Positions 45,940-53,239 of a stretch of DNA of 64,000 nucleotides are shown piece after piece (position 1 is the stretch's first letter; each line of letters starts with the position of its first letter). The stretch covers positions 1 to 64,000 of the IMG/VR virus record IMGVR_UViG_3300047160_007939. One strand, written 5' to 3'. The position numbers and the translations under genes are program-made. Source of the DNA: a virus. The notes beneath the pieces were generated by a model. The model had not been told where the DNA came from. It worked only from the letters and a program-made list of their open reading frames with translations, and did not search any database.

Positions 45940-46487
45940 AGATGCTCCTCAATCTCGGAGCGTGATAGCTCAATCACCTCCAGGCTTGCTCCGTACTCTT
46001 CCAGGACCTTCAGGCCGTCCTTTGGCCGGTTGTCTTCGAGCACCACCAGGGTTGAGACACCGCTCTGCATAATCAAGAGCGCGCAGGCCATACACGGCTG
46101 GCCGGAGACGATGAGCGTTCCGCCCTGGTACTCACTGAAGTTGCCGAAGATGAGCGCGTTCGCCTCGGCATGGATGCAGCAGGGATGCGCCGCGAGACCG
46201 AGGCCGCGCGGGAGGTTCTCACGGTAGCACGTCGCATCATTGCACGCGCCCCGTGGCTTGCCATTCCGACCGGTTGTGACTACCCTACCAGCCACATCCA
46301 GAACGACTGTTCCGTACTGTGCCCTCGGGCAATTACTGATACTCCCAACTGCGAGAGCTACTCGCATCCACCCGACGAGGTGTTCGCGTCTTCTCGCTGC
46401 CGCCTCTGGACGGCAGTCCGACCCTCCATCCAGTAGCTGTGCTTTCGGTCTCTCTGACACTGCAAGCAATATCGCTTTGTCTTCCAT
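45897..46487 (-). CDS. dCMP deaminase
   Basis: HAEANAL and PCMAC zinc-binding motifs, GRNG; start uncertain (46487 or 46367). Confidence 0.85.
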   Translation of the reverse strand: MEDKAILLAVSERPKAQLLDGGSDCRPEAAARRREHLVGWMRVALAVGSISNCPRAQYGTVVLDVAGRVVTTGRNGKPRGACNDATCYRENLPRGLGLAAHPCCIHAEANALIFGNFSEYQGGTLIVSGQPCMACALLIMQSGVSTLVVLEDNRPKDGLKVLEEYGASLEVIELSRSEIEEHLCEGKEPSASGRIR

Positions 46488-46864
46488 CTGTAGGTGTTCT
46501 TCTCGGTGAAATCATGCCCGTTAACGCAGTGTGTCTGCGCTGCCTGCCGCGCTGCAAACGTCTCTCCGCGCAGAATGTTGGTCCGGTGATCAACCGCCTC
46601 CAGGTGCTCGGGATTTACACAGGCCCGTGTTCTACACAGGTGATCCACTTCCCAACCGGGTGGGATAGGTCCGTTCCATACCAGATGAGCAAACCGCGAA
46701 GCCGGGTTCTTCCGCCCCGACCAGTAGAATTGCCCATACCCGGTGTGCGGCAGTATCGTGCCCAACCACGGCCAACAACCGCTCTCGTCCGCGCCGACGC
46801 GAGCGAGGAAGCGGATCAGGTCTTCCTCACTCACGTCAGCTTCGCAGCGTGACTGCGAACTCAT
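46358..46864 (-). CDS. HNH homing endonuclease
   Basis: GCWPW..GYG..EVDHLCRTRACVNPEHLEAV..N; C-terminal THCVNGH..CLQC. Confidence 0.85.
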   Translation of the reverse strand: MSSQSRCEADVSEEDLIRFLARVGADESGCWPWLGTILPHTGYGQFYWSGRKNPASRFAHLVWNGPIPPGWEVDHLCRTRACVNPEHLEAVDHRTNILRGETFAARQAAQTHCVNGHDFTEKNTYRWKTKRYCLQCQRDRKHSYWMEGRTAVQRRQREDANTSSGGCE

Positions 46865-46865
46865 C

Positions 46866-47522
46866 CTACGCAGCCCTCGCCTGCTGCCGCTGGCAGCCGG
46901 GACACATCGGCGCTCCGAACGCTCTCATCGAGACATCGTGCTGGCCTTTGTTCAGGGGCTTGCCGCAGCCCGGTACGCTGCACACCATCGCCGGTCGCGG
47001 GTCCTGCTGGTCGGCTCGCTGGCCGAAGGTTGCCGCTCCCACGCGCCGCTCCCGCTCCTCACGGCTCTGCGACTGTGCCGGCTGGCCGGCTGGCTGGCCG
47101 CTCCTCTGGCCGTGGAAGCCCTGCTGCTGCTGCGGCTGCCGCCGGTCGCTGGCTCGCTCCGGCGGGGCATCGCTGTCGTCCATCCCCTCGCCGCCGTCAT
47201 CGTCGTAACCGCCGCCCTGCGGGGTCCACGCATCCTGCCAACTGTCCGCTTTGTAGAACAGCGTGCCGTTCCCCTCGCGGTAGATGCCGAAGTTGCATTC
47301 GTGCGCGTTCGTACCGTCGCCTTCCTGCCCGACACACTTCAGGCCGTAGTAGTCGTAGCCCTGCGGCTGCCGGTGGAACAGGTAGACCGAAGCCCCGCAC
47401 AGGGGACACTCGGTCGGGAGCTGGGTCCAGAAGGACATCTGCTCAATGAGGTCCCGCTGGTGCTCGGCAGCTACCTGGATCGTCAGGTCGCCGACCTTAC
47501 AGCTTGCCGTAATCGTCGCCAC
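46866..47522 (-). CDS. zinc-binding protein, possibly ssDNA-binding or recombination
   Basis: GGAGG RBS; N-terminal Cys domain, acidic/Gln linker, C-terminal CSVPGC..CPGC ribbon. Confidence 0.5.
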   Translation of the reverse strand: MATITASCKVGDLTIQVAAEHQRDLIEQMSFWTQLPTECPLCGASVYLFHRQPQGYDYYGLKCVGQEGDGTNAHECNFGIYREGNGTLFYKADSWQDAWTPQGGGYDDDGGEGMDDSDAPPERASDRRQPQQQQGFHGQRSGQPAGQPAQSQSREERERRVGAATFGQRADQQDPRPAMVCSVPGCGKPLNKGQHDVSMRAFGAPMCPGCQRQQARAA

Positions 47523-47539
47523 TCGTCATCACCTCCAAC

Positions 47540-47620
47540 AGAAAAGAGAGCCGCGATGGTCGAGCGCCGACGCCCGGCCACTCGCGGCCCGACTAACACG
47601 TTAGGGAGTTAGGTATCTCC
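47540..47620 (-). ncRNA. candidate antisense sRNA complementary to late-gene RBS element
   Basis: Starts ~6 nt after TATACT; 5' GGAGAUACCUAACUCCCUA; ends in GCCGCGA...TCGCGGC hairpin + TCTCTTTTCT. Confidence 0.6.
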
Positions 47621-47655
47621 GCCGTAAGTATACCACGTCTTACGGCGAACTGCAA
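47620..47655 (-). promoter_or_regulatory. sigma70-type promoter with overlapping inverted-repeat operator
   Basis: TTGCAG-N17-TATACT; CGCCGTAAG-N10-CTTACGGCG. Confidence 0.75.
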
Positions 47656-47661
47656 GCCTGC

Positions 47662-47991
47662 TTATTCGTGAGGCATCCTTTCCTGCACCAGCCGCTCCCC
47701 CGCGACGTGAAGCAGCTTCGGACGCAGCTTCTCCAGCACGCCCCGCTTTCGCTCTTCCGCGTCCAGCCAGTCGATAGCGATCCGCCCCTCACCCACCACG
47801 CCGGAGAGCATCGACACGTAGTCCTTCGCACCCGCCTCAATGAGCGCCTCGCGGTTCACCTTCAGCCAGTGCTCCAGGAGCGCCATCCCCTGCGCGATCA
47901 CGTCCTGGGGAGCGCAGGGCACGGCCCCGTAGCCGTTCCTGCTGTACCCATTCGAGGTCGGCGCACCCGACGCCTCAATCGCTTCCACCAT
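47662..47991 (-). CDS. hypothetical protein
   Basis: AGGAGGT RBS. Confidence 0.55.
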   Translation of the reverse strand: MVEAIEASGAPTSNGYSRNGYGAVPCAPQDVIAQGMALLEHWLKVNREALIEAGAKDYVSMLSGVVGEGRIAIDWLDAEERKRGVLEKLRPKLLHVAGERLVQERMPHE

Positions 47992-48592
47992 TTCCCACCT
48001 CCTGCGCTTTCTCTATCAGTCGGGCGATGGCCGTGAGCGCCTCGCCCCGCGCTTTCTCCACGAGTACCAGCACCTCTTCCAGTTTTCGGAAGGGTTGCAT
48101 CTCCCAGGCCAGCAGCCGCTGGACGTTGGTCGTTGCGTCTGCTGTTTCCGTGTTAGTAGCGAGCCTCGCAAGTATCCAGACTACATGCTTGGTCAGCTCG
48201 TCGGCATCCCAATCGGTGACCCGGATGTGCTGGACTTCCATCCTGGCGCGGTAGACCGCACCCACGAGGTTCCACTGCACGGCCCGGTCATCGAGTATCT
48301 CTATCGGATGCTTCTTTCTATCTTTAGCATACGCTCCCCGCGACCACTGCTCGCTTAAAGTTGCCTTCATCCAGTTCAGGAGCGCAAGACCGTAGTACGG
48401 CTCGCACCCGTCACACGGCTGCTGGCTCCAGAAGTGATCGGCTACCCCGAAGTTCTCTCGCCCCAGCATCTGCTCGGGAACGAGAGCGGATCGAAAAGTG
48501 AGGTGGCCGCAGGCACACCTCACCAGGATCCTCTCCCGCTGTTCGACAACGGGACCCTCGGGATAGACGCCTAGCGGCAAAGCGTCCACCAT
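47975..48592 (-). CDS. hypothetical protein (DUF6197-like C-terminal half)
   Basis: WSRGAYA..WNLVGAV..WE..RKLEEVL pattern. Confidence 0.5.
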   Translation of the reverse strand: MVDALPLGVYPEGPVVEQRERILVRCACGHLTFRSALVPEQMLGRENFGVADHFWSQQPCDGCEPYYGLALLNWMKATLSEQWSRGAYAKDRKKHPIEILDDRAVQWNLVGAVYRARMEVQHIRVTDWDADELTKHVVWILARLATNTETADATTNVQRLLAWEMQPFRKLEEVLVLVEKARGEALTAIARLIEKAQEVGNGGSD

Positions 48593-48625
48593 TCTGTTAC
48601 CCCAGGCATTAGGCCGGTTAATCCC

Positions 48626-48654
48626 ATTATAGCTCTACCCTAGCCGGCTGGCAA
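48626..48654 (-). promoter_or_regulatory. sigma70-type promoter
   Basis: TTGCCA-N17-TATAAT. Confidence 0.75.
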
Positions 48655-48927
48655 GCCCCACTTACGCCGTACCGTTGCTATGGTGCGCCTCGCTTCGTCC
48701 GCGCTCGGGTAGTGGGTACTCACCCCCACGTCCTGGCACAGCTCCTCGTTGAACTTGAGGAGCCGCTCGCAGGCGTGGATGAGGGAGCCGATGTCCACCA
48801 GTGCCTCGGCAGCTTTCCCCTGCCACGTCTTCGCGTCGTCTCCCTGCACGGCGACCACTTCCTCCAGCGAGCCGGCTGGCCTGGGCCTGCCTTCGGCATC
48901 GTAGAACATATACCGGGTGTCACTCAC
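48640..48927 (-). CDS. hypothetical protein
   Basis: GAGGAG RBS; overlap with upstream gene. Confidence 0.5.
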   Translation of the reverse strand: MSDTRYMFYDAEGRPRPAGSLEEVVAVQGDDAKTWQGKAAEALVDIGSLIHACERLLKFNEELCQDVGVSTHYPSADEARRTIATVRRKWGLPAG

Positions 48928-49478
48928 TCCTCACCTCGCTTCGGCAGCTCCAGGAGCGGGCACGGCATCGTCAGCGGCGGCAGGTGCTCGGCGATGTTGA
49001 ACACCCGCACATGGGGAGCAATCTCTTTCTCCAGCGGCACGCAGACGCCCCAGCTCTGATAGCCGGCGTTGCGCTCCGGTTTGGTCGGGCGCAGCTCGTA
49101 ATCCTTCTCCCACTGCGGCAATCGCTCCCGCAGCCAGCTCGGGTAGAGAAGGTAGATCAGGTCCTTCGTCGGGAGGTAGTAGAGCACCACGTCGGCCTTC
49201 GTCGTGAGCACCCAGCCGTCCTTACCCGTCTGGTCGTTGGAGATAGTCTCCAGGAAAGCGTTGCCGGTACGACAGGCATTCTCATCGCGCTTGTACTCCA
49301 CCAGAGAACGCTTCACGTAGTCCGGTGGCCGGTAGAAGATCCGGTCGATCCCCTGCTTTTGTTGCTCCGTCGTCGCGCGCTCGATCCGCACCTTCTGGAA
49401 GCGCATGAAGAAGTGATCGAGAAAGCCCGCGCTCTCCGCGCCGATGTCGGCGTTCTCATCGAAGGCTTTGCGGTTCAT
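48924..49478 (-). CDS. PD-(D/E)xK-family nuclease
   Basis: QKQGID..VEYKRD..TGNAFLE..GW..TKAD..YY pattern. Confidence 0.65.
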   Translation of the reverse strand: MNRKAFDENADIGAESAGFLDHFFMRFQKVRIERATTEQQKQGIDRIFYRPPDYVKRSLVEYKRDENACRTGNAFLETISNDQTGKDGWVLTTKADVVLYYLPTKDLIYLLYPSWLRERLPQWEKDYELRPTKPERNAGYQSWGVCVPLEKEIAPHVRVFNIAEHLPPLTMPCPLLELPKRGEE

Positions 49479-49726
49479 TCGCTGTCCTTCCTCGGTTCCA
49501 CAGCAGACAGACCGTCCTTCAGGATCTTCCTGGCTGCCGTCATCGCATCCAGGACCACCTCCATCGTCGCCCCGTTGGGTGTCACGGCATTGTTCTTTGC
49601 CAGCACCTCCCAGGCCGCATCGTTGAGCGCCGCAAGCGCCGCCTCACAGGTCGCCGGCAGATGCGTAAGGCATCTCCGTACCGGGGTCTTCTTCGCCTTC
49701 GGCGTCTCCGCCGTTCTCGTCGCCAC
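49475..49726 (-). CDS. hypothetical protein
   Basis: AAAGGAG RBS before GTG at 49726. Confidence 0.5.
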   Translation of the reverse strand: MATRTAETPKAKKTPVRRCLTHLPATCEAALAALNDAAWEVLAKNNAVTPNGATMEVVLDAMTAARKILKDGLSAVEPRKDSE

Positions 49727-49851
49727 TCGGTTCTCCTTTCTGAATACAAACCTCACGGCCTGTGATCAAAGATCCTGACAGCCCTCCGGGTCGAGTAAAC
49801 ACCACGCAGTAGCATCCTGGAGTGACTACCTCTCTTCGGCGGCTGTCAGGA

Positions 49852-49924
49852 TGGGCGCGGCGGGGGTCGAACCCGCACACTACAGCTTAAAAGGCTGTTG
49901 CTCTACCATTCGAGCTACGCGCCC
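49852..49924 (-). tRNA. tRNA-Lys(UUU)
   Basis: Full cloverleaf: GGGCGCG/CGCGCCC acceptor, ACAGC-CTTTTAA-GCTGT, TTCGA loop; no encoded CCA. Confidence 0.95.
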
Positions 49925-49985
49925 TCAAAAGAAGGCAGCCATCGTCGCGCGTAACGAGCTGCCGCCACGGCTCCGGCTGCCTCCA

Positions 49986-50058
49986 CGGTGATGGCGAGGA
50001 TCGAACTCGCACCTCCTGCTCGACAGGCAGGCGTCCACAGCCAGTAGACCACACCACC
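49986..50058 (-). tRNA. tRNA-Asp(GUC)
   Basis: GGTGGTG/CATCACC acceptor, CCTGC-CTGTCGA-GCAGG, TTCGA loop. Confidence 0.9.
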
Positions 50059-50120
50059 ACGAGGCTCCGTTACCCGTCGTCTGCCGTGCCACGGAGCGCA
50101 CAACCCGGCAGTTGAAACGA

Positions 50121-50192
50121 TGGGCCAGGGTGGAATTGAACCACCGACCACCTGTTCATCAGACAGGCACGCGACCGTCGCGCCGCTGGCCC
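50121..50192 (-). tRNA. tRNA-Ile(GAU), atypical (C8, G37)
   Basis: GGGCCAG/CTGGCCC acceptor, CCTGT-CTGATGA-ACAGG, TTCAA loop. Confidence 0.8.
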
Positions 50193-50200
50193 GTAGTAGA

Positions 50201-50330
50201 GGATGGGGCTGGCTACGAGCAGGATGGTTCCAGCCCGGCTCCTGCATTGCGCCGGTACAGTCCGCTTTGTCTTTCGCCCTGGTTAGCTAGGCCGAAGCGA
50301 AGTATCAACCCTCGCTGCACCGCATCCCCC
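50201..50330 (-). ncRNA. candidate structured RNA within tRNA cluster
   Basis: Closing stem GGATG/CATCC, four internal hairpins, complementary loops GCAGGA / TCCTGC. Confidence 0.45.
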
Positions 50331-50333
50331 ACA

Positions 50334-50406
50334 CTGCCGAGGCTGGGGTCGAACCAGCTCACTCCCGCTTAACAGCGCAGCGCCTTTCCAGTTAGGCCAC
50401 TCGGCA
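50334..50406 (-). tRNA. tRNA-Asn(GUU), distorted anticodon arm
   Basis: TGCCGAG/CTCGGCA acceptor, G73, CTGTTAA loop but anticodon stem lacks one base; TTCGA loop. Confidence 0.7.
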
Positions 50407-50875
50407 TAATAATCAGCCCCGCGTGAACCTCGGTGTGGCAGCGATTGCACAGCAAGACACACTTCTTCAGCTCCGCCTCAATCCTCGCCCACGACACCGA
50501 ATAGCGTGCAATCGCAAGCTCCTTCGCCTCGCTATCCAGATGATGAAACGTCAATGCCTGGATGCAACGGTCATAGCCACAGACCACACACTTCTCACCC
50601 TTCAGCGCAACCGCCCTTCGCTTAATCTCTCGCCGCCTACGAACAACATGGCAAGAGGGACACGCTACGTGCGCCTTCCCACTTCTGGACGAGTATCCCC
50701 GCCCGCACAGAGCACACTCCAGCGTAACGCTCTGCCTCCGAAGTAGTCGCCTCGTATTGTGCGCCCCAAAGGGCGAGCAATCCAGACAAAAGCTACGCCG
50801 CTGAAGGTTACGCGCGCGCCCACCCACCACGGCTTTCCAGGGGATCGGCGCGGCACACTTTACACACTGGTTCAT
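50369..50875 (-). CDS. HNH endonuclease inserted in tRNA cluster
   Basis: Zn fingers, then KGEKCVVCGY..ALTFHH..K..ELKKCVLLCNRCHTEVH. Confidence 0.85.
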   Translation of the reverse strand: MNQCVKCAAPIPWKAVVGGRARNLQRRSFCLDCSPFGAHNTRRLLRRQSVTLECALCGRGYSSRSGKAHVACPSCHVVRRRREIKRRAVALKGEKCVVCGYDRCIQALTFHHLDSEAKELAIARYSVSWARIEAELKKCVLLCNRCHTEVHAGLIIMPSGLTGKALRC

Positions 50876-50877
50876 CA

Positions 50878-50952
50878 CGGCGCGTCGAGGCATCGAACCC
50901 CGCTGACCAGGAGTTTTGGAGGCTCCCGCCCACCCAAGCAGGCCCACGCGCC
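50878..50952 (-). tRNA. tRNA-Trp(CCA)
   Basis: GGCGCGT/ACGCGCC acceptor, GGAGC-CTCCAAA-ACTCC, TTCGA loop. Confidence 0.85.
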
Positions 50953-51145
50953 ACGGACGAGGATGGATATGGGAGCGCCAGCGAATAGTCCTGTTCCTGG
51001 CCTAGCATCTGCGCTCTCACGGCACGGGGCCGAGTTGCGTCCACCCTTCGTCAGTGGAGACGGCTCCTGGCTACCGGCGCGACCCACCTACACCCAGCAC
51101 AGGCGGAAGGTGAGAGATGTCCGGTACGGAAGTGCTGTCCGTATC

Positions 51146-51181
51146 CGCCGTTAGTATACCGCACCTAACGGCGAAGCGCAA
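51146..51181 (-). promoter_or_regulatory. sigma70-type promoter of tRNA cluster with inverted-repeat operator
   Basis: TTGCGC-N17-TATACT; CGCCGTTAG-N10-CTAACGGCG. Confidence 0.75.
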
Positions 51182-51185
51182 CCCC

Positions 51186-51521
51186 TCATCTTCCCGGCGA
51201 ACCGGCTACTCCGTGCAAGCGTGTGTAGCGGTGCGCGCTTGTGTCGGGGGGCATCTCGGGCGGCAGCTCCTCGAAGCGCAGCACGTAGGGCGAGAAGCGA
51301 TGGCTCACCTCTACCACCGCGTTCCACCGGTCGCTGGCAATCTCCAGGATGGCGTTCACGATCCGGTCGTGCGGCCAGGGGTCTAGCCGGATGTAGCAGG
51401 GAGCGCCGGGCCGGAAGTGCCGGCGCAGCTTGAGGTTGATCTGGTGGCAGACCTCTTCGAGCACCACGTCGTCGTCATCCGACAGGTGCTCCAGTTCGGC
51501 AGGGCCGAGGATTTCGGGCAT
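51186..51521 (-). CDS. hypothetical protein
   Basis: AAAGGAG RBS; upstream promoter. Confidence 0.55.
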   Translation of the reverse strand: MPEILGPAELEHLSDDDDVVLEEVCHQINLKLRRHFRPGAPCYIRLDPWPHDRIVNAILEIASDRWNAVVEVSHRFSPYVLRFEELPPEMPPDTSAHRYTRLHGVAGSPGR

Positions 51522-51545
51522 CGTTCGTTCTCCTTTCGGTGAAGA

Positions 51546-51576
51546 AGTATAGAACGATGTTTCACTGTTTTGTCAA
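51546..51576 (-). promoter_or_regulatory. sigma70-type promoter (long spacer)
   Basis: TTGACA-N19-TATACT in AT-rich patch. Confidence 0.5.
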
Positions 51577-51860
51577 CTTCTTTGCCGGGCAACCTCGGCA
51601 GCCCTACGCAGCCCGTCTGCGGTCGCCACCTCGACTTTGGCCGTGTCCTCCACGGTGACGCGCAGGAGATTGTCGGTACGCTCCAGGGTCATCTTGTTGC
51701 CGGCTTCGATGGCGATGAAGCGCGGCAGCTTGTCCCCCGGCATCTCGGTGAGCATCTGCTTGATGGGCGCGAGCTGCTCGGGCGACAGGCCAATGGGGAT
51801 CATCTCCCCGGTGGTAAAGCAGAAGGTCACCCGCAGGCGAGGAGGAAGAGGGCCGTTCAC
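51573..51860 (-). CDS. hypothetical protein
   Basis: Coupled ORF. Confidence 0.5.
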   Translation of the reverse strand: MNGPLPPRLRVTFCFTTGEMIPIGLSPEQLAPIKQMLTEMPGDKLPRFIAIEAGNKMTLERTDNLLRVTVEDTAKVEVATADGLRRAAEVARQRS

Positions 51861-52168
51861 TCTTTGCCCTCCGGGAACTTCATCTCGTACTGCTCCGGGC
51901 CAGTCTCGCTCTTCAGCACGCTCGCCTCGCCCACGGGCGGCAGGTTCGGGCTGGCCGGCTCGACCTCGATCAGTTCAGCGGCTCGCCGGATCCAGAGCAC
52001 GGCTGTCTCCATCTCGGTGACGGCAACCGACAGCGCCCGCCCGAGCTGGCCCGGTCCCCGGTTCGCCTTCGTGGTAGCCAGCCGGCACACCATATCGTTG
52101 AGCCGGCCAGCCTGCCATAACAGGTTGGTGCGGAGTTCCCTCGCCTCGGCGTTGGCCTTCTCGGTCAT
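51857..52168 (-). CDS. Acb2/Tad1-like helical hairpin protein (candidate)
   Basis: GRALSVAVTEMETAVLWIRRA resembles R..S.A.T.LE.A..W...A sponge motif; ATGA overlap. Confidence 0.45.
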   Translation of the reverse strand: MTEKANAEARELRTNLLWQAGRLNDMVCRLATTKANRGPGQLGRALSVAVTEMETAVLWIRRAAELIEVEPASPNLPPVGEASVLKSETGPEQYEMKFPEGKE

Positions 52169-53043
52169 ACCGGCATCCCCAGGTGCTTCGCGTCCGTCGT
52201 GTCGTCCATCGCAAGACCCGGCCACTGCGCCTGCCAGTTCACGATCTTGACGCCCCAGAACCAGTGTCGAAGCTGCGGGGCCACGGGCAGGACCAGGGCT
52301 GCGTGCAGGATGGGACCTTTCTCCAGCGTCTCGTACCAGACTTGAGAGCCTGGGCCGCTGCCGTCGCCCTCGGGCTTCCACGGCATCCGGTGCTCGGGCC
52401 ACCGTCGCATACACCCACGGCAGGTGCAGTCCATTAAGTTGAAGTCCACCTCGCCCGTCTTACACTCGGGGCAGTACCGGGTGACCGGCAGCTCGCGGAG
52501 CACGCACATGCACATCCGGTCGATCCGGTCGGGGTCCAGGTAAAACCCCAGGATGTCAGCGAGCGCCGTACCCGCACGGTCGGGCCGGCCAGCCGGCACG
52601 AGGCAGGGCATCCCGCAGGCGGGGCAGGTGAAGACCTCCACCATCTTACCGTGCTCGCCCTCTTCGGTGTGCTTCGCTTTCTCGGGCAGCTCGGCCCCGC
52701 AGAAGCGGCAGTGGTAGCCGAAGTAGTCGCGGATCTTGTCCTGCGTCTCCTGCTGGGTCACAAACTTATACCAGCCGCGCTCGATGATGTCCGCGCACCG
52801 GTTCGAGAGCACGCCGTCGTGGATCTTGGTCAGCGGTACGATCGCTCCCATCGCCCCCACCGGGGCCTTCTCGCGTTCGGCGTGCGTGCTCTGGGAAAAG
52901 GCGAGGTTCAACGCGCTGACAACACAGCCTCGTACCTGGGACGGCAGGGCTTCCTCGGTCACCACGCCTCTGGCCTGTGTACCGTCCGAGAGTGCCAGGA
53001 GCGCCGCGCCTGCCGCTGTCTTCATCAGTTGCCTGCGGTTCAT
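52165..53043 (-). CDS. Cys-rich protein with twin-arginine-like N-terminus
   Basis: MNRRQLMKTAAGAALLAL; several CxxC pairs. Confidence 0.55.
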   Translation of the reverse strand: MNRRQLMKTAAGAALLALSDGTQARGVVTEEALPSQVRGCVVSALNLAFSQSTHAEREKAPVGAMGAIVPLTKIHDGVLSNRCADIIERGWYKFVTQQETQDKIRDYFGYHCRFCGAELPEKAKHTEEGEHGKMVEVFTCPACGMPCLVPAGRPDRAGTALADILGFYLDPDRIDRMCMCVLRELPVTRYCPECKTGEVDFNLMDCTCRGCMRRWPEHRMPWKPEGDGSGPGSQVWYETLEKGPILHAALVLPVAPQLRHWFWGVKIVNWQAQWPGLAMDDTTDAKHLGMPV

Positions 53044-53236
53044 CTTCTTCTCTCACGATACGAAGCACCGGCTCTCGCCCAATTGGGACCTCGAAAGCGA
53101 ACGTCTTACAATGCGGGCAGCAGTGGCACACTCGCTTGCGGCTCTCTTCGCTGACACCGTTCCCCGCGCAGAAGTCGAGCCACTCCTGCCAGGGGTGTTC
53201 GCGGCCACACTTCGGACAAAACGCTTTCGTCGCCAT
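52766..53236 (-). CDS. small zinc-ribbon protein (3' extent doubtful)
   Basis: CPKC..CPHC at N-terminus; C-terminal half overlaps next gene. Confidence 0.35.
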   Translation of the reverse strand: MATKAFCPKCGREHPWQEWLDFCAGNGVSEESRKRVCHCCPHCKTFAFEVPIGREPVLRIVREEDEPQATDEDSGRRGAPGTLGRYTGQRRGDRGSPAVPGTRLCCQRVEPRLFPEHARRTREGPGGGDGSDRTADQDPRRRALEPVRGHHRARLV

Positions 53237-53239
53237 TGT

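Noticed and set aside
50201-50330. HDV-like (theta) ribozyme after tRNA-Asn
   Set aside because: Could not build P1/P2/P3/P1.1 with a catalytic C; kept only as an unknown structured RNA
51030-51060. CTGACGA hammerhead-like core (also near 43338-43345)
   Set aside because: No GAAA element or stem I/III arrangement in the right positions
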